Positions 44,886-54,416 of a DNA stretch of 64,000 bases are shown one piece after another. Both the position numbers and the translations under genes were made by a program. Location: positions 3,626-67,625 of the forward strand of contig CAKOKS010000004.1 of assembly GCA_934095845.1 (NCBI GenBank). The letters run 5' to 3'. The notes beneath the pieces were generated by a model that worked only from the letters and a program-made list of their open reading frames with translations, did not search any database and was not told the origin of the DNA. Position 1 is the first letter of the stretch, and each line of letters begins with the position of its first letter. The DNA comes from an uncultured Bacilli bacterium. GTDB taxonomy: Bacteria; Bacillota_I; Bacilli_A; RF39; UBA660.

Positions 44886-46001
44886 ATGAATAGTAAAGAA
44901 TTTATTAAAGCATTAAAAAATATTATTGAAGAAAAAAATATTAATGAAGATATTGTATATGATGCAATGGAACAAGGTTTAATAACTGCTTATAAAAAGA
45001 ATTATAATTCTAAAACAAATGTTAAAGTAGTAATTGATAAAAAAACTGGAGAATTTAAAGTAATTCGTTATTATGTTGTAGTTCCTGAATATATTGAAGG
45101 AGATGAAACAACTGATGAAGAAGGAAATGTAGTATATTTACCTCCAGAAATTAATGAAGATGCTCAACTTCTACTTGAAGAAGCAAGAGAAATAGTTCCA
45201 GATATTAATGTTGGAGAAACTATTGAAGAAGAAGTTACTCCACATGACTTTGGTCGTGTTGCTGCTCAAGTATGTAAACAAGTTGTTACTCAAAAAATAA
45301 GAGAAGCTGAAAGAAATTCTATTATAGAAGAATTTGCTGATAAACAAGATGAACTAGCGGTAGGAATTCTTGCAATGGAAGATGCTAAAAACTATTATGT
45401 TGATTTAGGAAGAACTAGAGGTATTTTACCAAAATCAGAAATGATTCCTGGTGAAACAGTTAAAATGGGTTCATCTATTAAAGTTTATATTTCTAAAGTT
45501 GAATCTACTAATAAAGGTCCTTTAGTTTTATGTACAAGAAAACATTATGGATTTGTTAAAAGATTATTTGAATCAGTTATTCCTGAACTTCAAGATGGAA
45601 CTATAGAAATTCATGCAGTTGCAAGAGAAGCAGGAATTCGTAGTAAAGTTGCTGTATCATCAACAAATGAAAGAATTGACGCTATTGGAACTTGTATTGG
45701 TGAACGCGGTTCAAGAATTGCAAGTATTTTATCTGAGCTTAATGGAGAAAAGGTTGATTTAGTTCTTTGGAGTGAAAATGATGAAGAATTTATTAAGAAT
45801 GCTTTAAGTCCAGCTAAAGATGTAATTGTTAGCATTATAGATAATGAAAAAGAAAGAGTTGCTCTTGCTATTGTTAATGATGAAAACTTAAGTTTAGCAA
45901 TTGGTAAAAAAGGCGTTAATATCCGTTTAGCTAGTAAATTAACTAAATATAAAATAAATGTTAAAACATTTGCTCAAGTACAAGAAGAAGGAAATAAATA
46001 A
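44886..46001 (+). CDS. nusA: Transcription termination/antitermination factor NusA
   Basis: N-terminal domain, S1 and two KH regions (..GERGSRIASI.., ..AIGKKGVNIRLAS..). Confidence 0.9.
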   Translation: MNSKEFIKALKNIIEEKNINEDIVYDAMEQGLITAYKKNYNSKTNVKVVIDKKTGEFKVIRYYVVVPEYIEGDETTDEEGNVVYLPPEINEDAQLLLEEAREIVPDINVGETIEEEVTPHDFGRVAAQVCKQVVTQKIREAERNSIIEEFADKQDELAVGILAMEDAKNYYVDLGRTRGILPKSEMIPGETVKMGSSIKVYISKVESTNKGPLVLCTRKHYGFVKRLFESVIPELQDGTIEIHAVAREAGIRSKVAVSSTNERIDAIGTCIGERGSRIASILSELNGEKVDLVLWSENDEEFIKNALSPAKDVIVSIIDNEKERVALAIVNDENLSLAIGKKGVNIRLASKLTKYKINVKTFAQVQEEGNK

Positions 46002-46252
46002 TGAAAAAAATACCAATGCGTATGTGTATTGTAACTAGAGAAAGATTTCCTAAAATGGAACTTTTAAGAATAGTTAAAACAGAAGATGGTATAATAGTTG
46101 ATAAAACTGGTAAAGTAAATGGACATGGTTGTTATATAAAACGTGATATTGAGGTATTAAATAAAGCTCGTAAGAATAAAATATTAAATAAGGTATTTGA
46201 ATGTAATGTAGACGATAGCGTTTATGATGAAATTGAAAAAAACATAAATTAG
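46001..46252 (+). CDS. ylxR: YlxR/RnpM (DUF448) RNA-binding protein
   Basis: ..RMCIVTRERFPKMELLRIV..GHGCYI.. signature, in the position after nusA. Confidence 0.8.
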   Translation: MKKIPMRMCIVTRERFPKMELLRIVKTEDGIIVDKTGKVNGHGCYIKRDIEVLNKARKNKILNKVFECNVDDSVYDEIEKNIN

Positions 46253-46264
46253 AAAAAGAGGTGG

Positions 46265-48397
46265 ATGAATATGATGAGTGTTCAAGATTATGCAGAAGAA
46301 ATGAATTTTACTGTTCAAGATGTATTAAATAAATGTAAAGAATTAGGTTTTAAAATTAATTCTAAAGATGATATGTTAGATGATGAAGCAATAATTATGC
46401 TTGATAATTGTATGAACTTAATTGATACAAATACTGAGCTTGATTTTGAAGAAGCAGATACTCTTGATGATGTAATTGAAGATATTATGGATTATGATAA
46501 TATTAAATCTATAAATGACTCACATACTGTATCTAAAGAAAAAGTAAAAAAACAAAAAGATAAGGAATCATCAAATAAAGATTATGCTTTTAAAAAGAAA
46601 CAAATGTATAAGAATAAAGAAAAATTAACTAGTAATACTAGTTCAAATGATGATTCAATTGTTTTATATAAAGAAAATATGACAGTTGGGGATTTAGCTA
46701 ATTCTTTAGGCGTAAGTGGTGCTGAATTAGTTTCAAAGTTAATTGGTTTAGGTCTTCTTTTAAGTTTAACTCAATCAATTGATTTTGATACAGCTTTAAT
46801 AGTTGCATCTGAATATAAAAAGACTTTGAAAAAAGAAGAAACACAAGATATAACTAATTTTGAAAATTATGAAATTATAGAAGATGAAGAAAATTTAGTA
46901 AAACGTCCTCCAGTTATAACTATTATGGGACATGTTGATCATGGTAAAACTACTTTACTTGATTACATTAGAAACTCACATGTTGTAGATGGAGAAGCAG
47001 GTGGAATTACTCAAGCAATTGGAGCATATCAAATAGATTATAATGGTGAAAAACTTACATTTATTGATACTCCAGGACATGCAGCATTTACTGAAATGCG
47101 TGCAAGAGGAGCAAGTGTAACTGATATAGTTATTATAATTGTTTCTGCAGAAGATGGTGTTATGCCTCAAACTAAAGAAGCAATAGATCACGCTTTAGCT
47201 GCAAATGTTCCAATAGTTGTTGCTGTAAATAAAATTGATAGACCTAATGCTAATCCAGATAAAGTTATGACAGAAATGGCTGAGATAAATATTACTCCAG
47301 AAGAATGGGGTGGAGAATATCCATTTGTTAAAATCAGTGCTAAAACTGGTGAAGGTGTAGACAAACTTCTTGAAACAATTTTAGCTATAGCTGAAGTTAA
47401 TGAATTAAAAGCTAATCCAAATAGATATGCAAGTGGAACTGTAATTGAATCAAGAATAGATAAAAACTTAGGTGGAGTTGCAACTATTTTAATTCAAAAT
47501 GGTACTTTACGTTTAGGAGATCCACTTGTTGTTGGTACTACTCATGGTAGAGTTAGAACTTTAAAAAATGATTTAGGTAAAGATATAGTTGACGCAGGTC
47601 CATCAACTCCAGTAGAAATAACTGGTCTTTCAGATAATCCAAGTGCTGGGGATAAATTTATGGCATTTGAATCTGAAAAAGAAGCAAGAGAAATTGCTGA
47701 AAAGAGAAAAATTCAAGCTAAAGAACAAACTATTAGACCAAAAGCTTTATCTTTAGAAGAATTATTTGCTAATATTCAATCTGGTATAAAAGAAATTAAT
47801 GTTGTTTTAAAATGTGATGTTAGAGGATCAGAAGAAGCTGTTAAGAATTCATTAGAAAAAATTGAAGTTGAAGGAGTAAAAATAAAAGTAATCAGAAGTG
47901 GTATTGGTACTATTACTGAAAGTGATATTATTTTAGCTCAAGCAAGTAATGCAATTGTTATTGGATTTAATGTTGTACCAAGTAATAAGACTCGTGAAGT
48001 TGCTAAAGAATATAATGTTGATATGAGACTATATACAATTATCTATAAATTAGTTGAAGATATGGAAGCAGCAATGAAAGGTATGTTAGATCCTGAATAT
48101 GAAGAAGTTACAACTGGATCTGCTGAAGTAAGACAATTATTTAAATTCTCTAAGGTTGGAACTATTGCTGGTTCTTATGTTACTAGTGGAGTTATAAAAA
48201 ATGGTAGTTCAGTTCGTGTAATCAGAGATGGTGTAATTATCTATGATGGTAAAGTTTCAAGTGTTCAAAGAGGTAAAGATTCTGTTAAAGAAGTTAAAAA
48301 CGGATTTGAATGTGGTATCACTATTGAAGGTTATAATGATATAAAAGAAGGAGACGTTTTTGAAACTTATGAAAACGTTGAAATAAAAAGAGGATAA
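46265..48397 (+). CDS. infB: Translation initiation factor IF-2
   Basis: G-domain motifs [17 protein letters not shown] and NKID. Typical C-terminal domains. Confidence 0.95.
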   Translation: MNMMSVQDYAEEMNFTVQDVLNKCKELGFKINSKDDMLDDEAIIMLDNCMNLIDTNTELDFEEADTLDDVIEDIMDYDNIKSINDSHTVSKEKVKKQKDKESSNKDYAFKKKQMYKNKEKLTSNTSSNDDSIVLYKENMTVGDLANSLGVSGAELVSKLIGLGLLLSLTQSIDFDTALIVASEYKKTLKKEETQDITNFENYEIIEDEENLVKRPPVITIMGHVDHGKTTLLDYIRNSHVVDGEAGGITQAIGAYQIDYNGEKLTFIDTPGHAAFTEMRARGASVTDIVIIIVSAEDGVMPQTKEAIDHALAANVPIVVAVNKIDRPNANPDKVMTEMAEINITPEEWGGEYPFVKISAKTGEGVDKLLETILAIAEVNELKANPNRYASGTVIESRIDKNLGGVATILIQNGTLRLGDPLVVGTTHGRVRTLKNDLGKDIVDAGPSTPVEITGLSDNPSAGDKFMAFESEKEAREIAEKRKIQAKEQTIRPKALSLEELFANIQSGIKEINVVLKCDVRGSEEAVKNSLEKIEVEGVKIKVIRSGIGTITESDIILAQASNAIVIGFNVVPSNKTREVAKEYNVDMRLYTIIYKLVEDMEAAMKGMLDPEYEEVTTGSAEVRQLFKFSKVGTIAGSYVTSGVIKNGSSVRVIRDGVIIYDGKVSSVQRGKDSVKEVKNGFECGITIEGYNDIKEGDVFETYENVEIKRG

Positions 48398-48399
48398 AA

Positions 48400-48753
48400 A
48401 TGAATCAAATAAAGTTAAAAAAAATTGGTGCTCATATTGCCAATGAACTTAGTAGTATTTGTCTATTAGAAGCTCATGATTCAATTTTAAAAAATATTAA
48501 TATAACTGGATGTGATGTAACAAGTGATTTATCATTTGCATATGTTTATTTCACAACTCATTTAGATAAAGATCCAAAAGAGTTAGAGAAAGAACTTAAT
48601 GATGATACTGCAGGTTATTTAAGAACTAAACTTGCAAACACAATTGAAATAAGACATACTCCAAAATTAATATTTAAATATGATAATTCAATTGAATATG
48701 GTATGAATATAGAACATATCATAAAAGAAATACATGAAAAGGATAGTGAATAA
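48400..48753 (+). CDS. rbfA: Ribosome-binding factor A
   Basis: Size, position after infB and the ..IRHTPKLIFKYD.. motif. Confidence 0.85.
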   Translation: MNQIKLKKIGAHIANELSSICLLEAHDSILKNINITGCDVTSDLSFAYVYFTTHLDKDPKELEKELNDDTAGYLRTKLANTIEIRHTPKLIFKYDNSIEYGMNIEHIIKEIHEKDSE

Positions 48754-48875
48754 GACTATTCTTTTTTTTGTGAAAAAATAAATAACATAAACTTTACAAC
48801 TTTTCAACAAGATTATTTGACTTTCGGTTGGTGTATGATATACTAAAAATGTAAAAAATAGAGGAGTTGTGAACA

Positions 48876-50426
48876 ATGAAAAGAAAATCGATTATAGCAG
48901 TTACTATACTATTATTAGCAATAGGATTTGCGGCTATATCGACAACATTGATAATAAACGGAAGTGCAAAAATAGGAGAAAATACAGAAGATTTTTCTGT
49001 TATTTTCACTAAAGCAACATTAGATGGAACAGATGTATATGCAAATGTAATAAGTCAAGATAAAAAAACAATAACGTTTGAAACAAATGATTTAAAAACA
49101 TTAAATCAAACATCGGTACTGAATTATGAAGTAACAAATAATTCAGCAAACTATGATGCAGAAGTGCAAGTAAATTGTAAAACAAAAGAAAATACAACAG
49201 CAAAATATACAAGTATAAAAAATGAACTTGAAAATAATGCAACAGTTATAAAAGCAAAAGAGAAACTAAATGGAACATTAACCGTAACATTAAACAAGGT
49301 AGCTACAGAAGAAGTAAGAGAAGAGTATGTATGTACACTTACACTTAATGCAGTAGAAAGAGATACTATTGGTGTAGAGCCAACTTTATACGACTTAATA
49401 AAATCTAAAGCGGATACAACAACAGTGATAGATTATAAAGTACGTTCAGGAGTAAGTGGAACAAACGGGATATATACAACAACTGCAACTGATGGAAATG
49501 TACCAGTATATTACTATAGAGGAGATGCCGATAAAGTAAATAATAATATAATATTTAATAATATGTGTTGGAAGATAATAAGAACAACTGAAAACAATGG
49601 AGTAAAAATAATATATAACGGAACACCTGCAGATGGAAAGTGTGAAACTCAAACTGGTGATAACACTCAAATTGGGAAAAGTCAATTTAATGGAGAAGGT
49701 GGATATGATAATGCATATGTAGGATATATGTATGGAACAGCAGGAAGTAGTAACTATGCATCAACACATGCAAATACAAATGAATCAACAATAAAAAAAT
49801 ATATAGACAATTGGTATAGTCAAAATTTTGACGGAACGACAACGTCAAAATTAGAAGACACAGTTTTTTGCAATGATAGAAGTACAAAAGCCTATGATGC
49901 AAATACGATTGTATCTACTGGCTTTTCATACTATGGAGCATTAGGATATGGAAAAAATGCAACGTTTTATGGAGCAGCACATAGAGCATCATACAACTCA
50001 ACTAATCCAAATCCAAGTTTAGCTTGCCTAAATGAAAATGATAAATTTACGGTAGAAAGTAAAAATGGAAATGGAAAACTTACTTATCCAGTTGGATTAA
50101 TAACATTAGATGAAGCTGTGCTTGCAGGGTTTAATACATATTATTCCAATGAAAATGATTATAAAGATTACACAAATTACTTATATACAAATAGTGTTTA
50201 TTGGACATTCTCCCCTCTGTCGATGGATACTGATAGTAAAGGAAATGCTGGTATTTATGGTGGTGCTAAAGTTGGTTTTGTCAATATTGGTAGTTATTAT
50301 AGTGGTAGTTATGTGGACTATGGCATTGTGCATTATTCCTATGGTGTCCGTCCTGTAGTTTCACTAGCAAGTAGAACAATTGTAACTGGTGAAGGAACTT
50401 CTGCAAATCCATATGTAGTAGAATAA
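48876..50426 (+). CDS. Family N-terminal module fused to a large C-terminal domain ending ..YWTFSP..YGVRPVVSL..
   Basis: The N-terminal ~165 aa are nearly identical to 22361.. and 57823... The C-terminal ~350 aa are unique (..NNMCWKIIRTTENNGVKIIYNG.., ..YWTFSPLSMD.., ..YSYGVRPVVSLA..). Confidence 0.7.
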   Translation: MKRKSIIAVTILLLAIGFAAISTTLIINGSAKIGENTEDFSVIFTKATLDGTDVYANVISQDKKTITFETNDLKTLNQTSVLNYEVTNNSANYDAEVQVNCKTKENTTAKYTSIKNELENNATVIKAKEKLNGTLTVTLNKVATEEVREEYVCTLTLNAVERDTIGVEPTLYDLIKSKADTTTVIDYKVRSGVSGTNGIYTTTATDGNVPVYYYRGDADKVNNNIIFNNMCWKIIRTTENNGVKIIYNGTPADGKCETQTGDNTQIGKSQFNGEGGYDNAYVGYMYGTAGSSNYASTHANTNESTIKKYIDNWYSQNFDGTTTSKLEDTVFCNDRSTKAYDANTIVSTGFSYYGALGYGKNATFYGAAHRASYNSTNPNPSLACLNENDKFTVESKNGNGKLTYPVGLITLDEAVLAGFNTYYSNENDYKDYTNYLYTNSVYWTFSPLSMDTDSKGNAGIYGGAKVGFVNIGSYYSGSYVDYGIVHYSYGVRPVVSLASRTIVTGEGTSANPYVVE

Positions 50427-50429
50427 ATT

Positions 50430-50455
50430 GAATAGTTTTATACTATTCTTTTTTT
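50430..50455 (+). terminator. Rho-independent terminator T1
   Basis: gaatagt-tttat-actattc followed by TTTTTTT. A near-identical hairpin recurs at 51877-51902. Confidence 0.7.
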
Positions 50456-50457
50456 GT

Positions 50458-50509
50458 TTCATTCCGAAAAAGTTCGCAAATGCGAAAAAATTCGGAATGA
50501 ATTAATTTA
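50458..50509. repeat. Structured 52-bp direct repeat R1 (nested palindrome)
   Basis: ttCATTCCGAAaaagTTCGCAaaTGCGAAaaaaTTCGGAATGaattaattta. It is repeated with 2 differences at 51824-51875. Confidence 0.85.
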
Positions 50510-50567
50510 CAAGAAAATATTATTATAGTATAATTAAGATGTAATTATAAATGAGGAGGAAGAGCCT

Positions 50568-51821
50568 ATGAAAGAAATAAAAAGAGATTTTTATCTAAAT
50601 AAGTTAATAAAAAAGGATGGAAATGGTCAAATAAAAGTTATAACTGGAATTAGGAGATGTGGAAAATCTTATCTTTTAAAAAATATATTTTATAAACATT
50701 TATTAAAGGAAAATGATAAAAATCATGTAATATATATTCCTTTGGATATAAAAGAAAATGAATATTTACAGGATGGAAATAAATTTATAGAATATATAAA
50801 ATCTTTAATAAAGGATAATAAAAAATATTATTTATTAATTGATGAAATCCAACAAATGAAGGATTTTGTTCCGGTTTTAAATACTTTTTTATATGAAGAT
50901 AATGTAGAAGTATATGTTACAGGTTCAAATGCTAAACTTTTATCTAAAGATGTTGTTACTGAATTTAGAGGTAGAGGTGATGAAATTCATGTTTATCCAT
51001 TGAGTTTCAGTGAATATATGAGTGCATTTGAAGGAGATCAATATGAAGGCTATGAACAATATAGTATTTATGGTGGTCTTCCTTATACTTTAATGTTTGA
51101 TAATGATTCTGAAAGATCTGATTATCTAAAAAAACTTTTTGAAGAAACATATTTAAATGATATCATTGAGAGAAATAAAATAACAAATGTTGAAGAATTA
51201 AATGAACTTTTAAATATATTATCTTCACAAATTGGATCATTAACTAATCCATTTAATTTACAAAATGCGTTTAAAAGTGAAAAAAATATTACATTAAGTG
51301 ATAAGACTATAAGTAAATATCTGGAATATTTTGAAGATGCTTTTTTAATAACTAAAGCACAACGATATGATGTAAAAGGTAAAAAATATATAAATACTCC
51401 ATATAAATATTATTTTGAAGATATTGGTCTTAGAAATGCAAGATTAAATTTTAGACAAGTTGATAAAGAACATATAATGGAAAACATTATATATAATGAA
51501 TTACTTCGTAGAGGATATAATGTTGATGTTGGAGTAGTTGAGGTAAATATAACTGATGAAAATGGTGTTAGAACAAAACCTCAATATGAAGTTGATTTCA
51601 TATGTAACCAAGGAAGTAAAAGAATTTATATTCAATCAGCATTTGAAATGAATAATCAATTAAAACAAAATCAAGAAAAGAAATCTTTAGTAAATATAGA
51701 TGATTCTTTTAAAAAAATAATAATTGTAGGTGATGTTAGTAAACCAAGAATGGATGAAGATGGAATCATTACCATGGGTATTTATTATTTCTTATTGAAT
51801 GAAGATAGTTTAAATCAATAA
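50568..51821 (+). CDS. AAA-type ATPase with a DUF4143-like C-terminal region
   Basis: Walker A ..GIRRCGKSYLL.. and Walker B ..YLLIDEIQ... Size and motifs match the AAA_14/DUF4143 family as I remember it. Confidence 0.65.
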   Translation: MKEIKRDFYLNKLIKKDGNGQIKVITGIRRCGKSYLLKNIFYKHLLKENDKNHVIYIPLDIKENEYLQDGNKFIEYIKSLIKDNKKYYLLIDEIQQMKDFVPVLNTFLYEDNVEVYVTGSNAKLLSKDVVTEFRGRGDEIHVYPLSFSEYMSAFEGDQYEGYEQYSIYGGLPYTLMFDNDSERSDYLKKLFEETYLNDIIERNKITNVEELNELLNILSSQIGSLTNPFNLQNAFKSEKNITLSDKTISKYLEYFEDAFLITKAQRYDVKGKKYINTPYKYYFEDIGLRNARLNFRQVDKEHIMENIIYNELLRRGYNVDVGVVEVNITDENGVRTKPQYEVDFICNQGSKRIYIQSAFEMNNQLKQNQEKKSLVNIDDSFKKIIIVGDVSKPRMDEDGIITMGIYYFLLNEDSLNQ

Positions 51822-51823
51822 GG

Positions 51824-51875
51824 TTCATTCCGAAAAAGTTCGCAAATGCAAAAAAATTCGGAATGAGTTAATTTA
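51824..51875. repeat. Structured 52-bp direct repeat R2
   Basis: Copy of R1 (g->a in the inner stem, a->g near the end). Confidence 0.85.
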
Positions 51876-51876
51876 G

Positions 51877-51902
51877 GAATAGTTTTTACTATTCTTATTT
51901 TT
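51877..51902 (+). terminator. Rho-independent terminator T2
   Basis: gaatagt-tttt-actattc followed by ttattttt. Confidence 0.65.
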
Positions 51903-51938
51903 ATGTTATTATATTGAAAAAACGAAAGGATAAATATT

Positions 51939-52934
51939 ATGAAGAAAATTATACTTGCTATTTTAATTTTATTTTTAATAATAATATTTTTGTTTTCAAA
52001 AAGTAATATTTATCATAAATATATAAAGAGTAATAATGATTATAAATTAGAAAGTAGAGTGCCTAAACTGAATGATTTTATAAATAAAAAAAGTATTCAT
52101 AAAGAAGTATCTTCTATTTTATATAAATATCCTAGTTTAAAAAAACATATTAAAGCAACTGGTATTAAAATACCAAATGAATATGGTTTTATTTCTCAAG
52201 GAATGGAAAAAATTAATGAATATACGTTTATTACCGGGTATTTTGAAAATGGTAATAATTCTATTTGTTATATTATTGATGATAATGGTGAAATCGTTAA
52301 TGAAGTTGATTTAAATACAACTAGTCATGTTGGAAGTATAAGTTATGACAAAATTAATAATTTAATATTTATTCCTGGTTTATCTGATTCAGTATTAGTT
52401 TATAATTATATTGATTTTTTTACTAAGGATAAAATTAATTATAAATATAAAATAGATGATTTAGCAAATGAATTTACTTATTATAAAGATAAAAATGAAT
52501 TACATATTGCATTTTTAAAAGTATATAATAATTATTTATATATTGGATCTTTTAATAAAAATAAGCCTTGTTTAATTAAGAAATTTAAAATAAATAGATT
52601 AAATAATAACCTAAGTTTTAAATATATAAATAGTTTTACTGTTAATGAAAAAGTACAAGGAATAGATTTTTATACTAAAGAGAATAAAAAATATATGATA
52701 TTAAGTAGTTCATATGGGAGAATGTTTTCTTCTAAACTATATGGATATTTATATGATGAAAATAAATTAGAATATAAAGAAACAGAATTTATTTATACGT
52801 ATCCACCTATGATGGAACAAATAAGTGTAAATAATGATAGTTTATATATTTTATTTGAATCTAATGCTTTTAAATATAGTAATGCTTTAGACAAGATAGG
52901 ATATGTTGTAGAAGTGGATATAAATAAGTTATAA
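51939..52934 (+). CDS. Hypothetical secreted/anchored protein
   Basis: N-terminal signal anchor and a Tyr/Asn-rich ~300-aa domain. No family recognised. Confidence 0.5.
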   Translation: MKKIILAILILFLIIIFLFSKSNIYHKYIKSNNDYKLESRVPKLNDFINKKSIHKEVSSILYKYPSLKKHIKATGIKIPNEYGFISQGMEKINEYTFITGYFENGNNSICYIIDDNGEIVNEVDLNTTSHVGSISYDKINNLIFIPGLSDSVLVYNYIDFFTKDKINYKYKIDDLANEFTYYKDKNELHIAFLKVYNNYLYIGSFNKNKPCLIKKFKINRLNNNLSFKYINSFTVNEKVQGIDFYTKENKKYMILSSSYGRMFSSKLYGYLYDENKLEYKETEFIYTYPPMMEQISVNNDSLYILFESNAFKYSNALDKIGYVVEVDINKL

Positions 52935-52953
52935 TTAAGTTGGATGTGTTATT

Positions 52954-53784
52954 ATGAATGGAATATTAATAGTTAATAAAAGTGATGGATTTACTAGTCG
53001 AGATGTAATAAATAAATTAAGTAAAGTATTTAATACTAAAAAAATAGGCCATACAGGTACACTTGATCCAATTGCTAAAGGAGTTTTAGTAGTTGTACTT
53101 GGTAAATATACTAAATTATGTGAAGATTTAACTCAAACATATAAAGAGTATATTGCTACATTTAAACTTGGTATTCTAACTGATACTTTAGATATTACAG
53201 GTAATGTAATAGATGAAAAATCTGTAAATGTAAGTGAAGAAGAAATAAGAAATGTAATAAGTAGTTATAAATGTATTTATAATCAAGAAGTACCTATTTA
53301 TTCATCAGTAAAAATTAATGGAAGAAAATTATATGAATATGCAAGAAATGGTGAAGAAGTTACTTTACCTAAAAGAGAAGTTGATATAAAGAGTATTGAA
53401 GTTTTAGAAATTAATAAAGACATTATAAAAATAAAATGTTTAGTTTCTAAAGGAACATATATTAGAAGTTTAATTAGAGACATTGGAGAGTCTTTAAATA
53501 CACATGCAACTATGACTGATTTAATACGTACTAAACAAGGAATATTTGATATTAAAGATTCTTATACAATTGAAGATATTGAGAATGGTAATTATAAATT
53601 AATTAATATTGAAGATGTATTAGATTTATGTGTTATAAATAATGAATATATAAAAGAAGTAACTAATGGAGTAAAATTAGAATTAGATATAAAAAATAAA
53701 TATATTTTATTTAAAAGTAATAATGAAGAAGTTGCTTTATATAAAAAAGATGGTGAGTATTTTAGAATGTATGTTCATTTTTAA
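52954..53784 (+). CDS. truB: tRNA pseudouridine(55) synthase TruB
   Basis: ..GHTGTLDPIAKGVL.. catalytic Asp motif. Normally the next operon member after rbfA. Confidence 0.9.
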   Translation: MNGILIVNKSDGFTSRDVINKLSKVFNTKKIGHTGTLDPIAKGVLVVVLGKYTKLCEDLTQTYKEYIATFKLGILTDTLDITGNVIDEKSVNVSEEEIRNVISSYKCIYNQEVPIYSSVKINGRKLYEYARNGEEVTLPKREVDIKSIEVLEINKDIIKIKCLVSKGTYIRSLIRDIGESLNTHATMTDLIRTKQGIFDIKDSYTIEDIENGNYKLINIEDVLDLCVINNEYIKEVTNGVKLELDIKNKYILFKSNNEEVALYKKDGEYFRMYVHF

Positions 53785-53795
53785 ATAAATTAAGA

Positions 53796-53822
53796 ACCTA
53801 TTTATCACTCAATCATAAAATA
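53796..53822 (+). promoter_or_regulatory. Possible SigK-type (late mother-cell) promoter
   Basis: AC-16 nt-CATAAAATA matches the AC/CATA---TA pattern as I remember it for Bacillus SigK. The match is short and the sequence is AT-rich, so the call is weak. Confidence 0.3.
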
Positions 53823-53853
53823 TAGTGAGTATATATGAAAGGGTGAAAATTTT

Positions 53854-54315
53854 ATGAATAATACTGAAACTTGCTGTGGAAATAATAATAGTATTGCTGA
53901 TATCTTAAAAGTAATCCTTATCTTACAACAAAATGCATGTCCTGAGTCTTGCTTAGATTCATGTGATAGACCTATGTTAGGTGGAGGACCAAATTGTTTG
54001 ATATGTAATACTAGACCAGTAATGTTATATACTTGCTGTGGAAATGGTACTCCTTGGAGTATGCCAGTAAGCAAAGATTTAACAACTGTATGTGGAAATC
54101 CTCAAGTAAATAATTGTAGTTATGAATGTTCTAATGTATTTAGAGTAGAAAAACTAGATGGAAACACTGCAACATTTAGAGTGTTAATACAAAATCCAGA
54201 GGAAACTTGCTGTAATTCTCAACCTTATATCGCGACAAATAGTTTCTTCACAATGGATTTATCTTGCTGCTGCGTTATTCGTTGTTTAAATGATACTTAT
54301 GTAGACTGCGTATAA
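53854..54315 (+). CDS. CotY/CotZ/ExsY-family Cys-rich spore coat/crust protein
   Basis: 153 aa with ~20 Cys. ..SIADILKVILILQQNAC.., ..VFRVEKLDGNTATFRVL.. and ..FFTMDLSCCCVIRCLNDT.. parallel the CotZ/CotY pattern. Confidence 0.65.
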   Translation: MNNTETCCGNNNSIADILKVILILQQNACPESCLDSCDRPMLGGGPNCLICNTRPVMLYTCCGNGTPWSMPVSKDLTTVCGNPQVNNCSYECSNVFRVEKLDGNTATFRVLIQNPEETCCNSQPYIATNSFFTMDLSCCCVIRCLNDTYVDCV

Positions 54316-54362
54316 CGCAGTTTTATTTTGTTTAAGGCTAGATTTAGTTCTAGTCCTTTTAG

Positions 54363-54391
54363 TTGCAATAAAAAATCGTTAGTGTTATAAT
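54363..54391 (+). promoter_or_regulatory. SigA-type promoter of the amidoligase cluster
   Basis: TTGCAA-17 nt-(TGt)TATAAT. Confidence 0.45.
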
Positions 54392-54416
54392 AATACGCAC
54401 TTTTAAGGGGTGCACT

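Noticed and set aside
50110-50358. The + strand ORF 50110..50358 and the minus-strand ORFs 49009..49902 within the 48876 gene, and ORF 53805..54074 (minus strand) overlapping the CotZ-like gene.
   Set aside because: They are out-of-frame or antisense overlaps of well-supported longer genes. Their translations are low-complexity and they have no SD.
48754-52953. Prophage, IS element or integrative element as the cause of the rbfA/truB interruption and of the other accessory patches.
   Set aside because: I recognised no integrase, transposase, recombinase or phage structural gene, and no terminal inverted repeats typical of IS elements. The only repeats are the 52-bp R1/R2 and the duplicated terminators.
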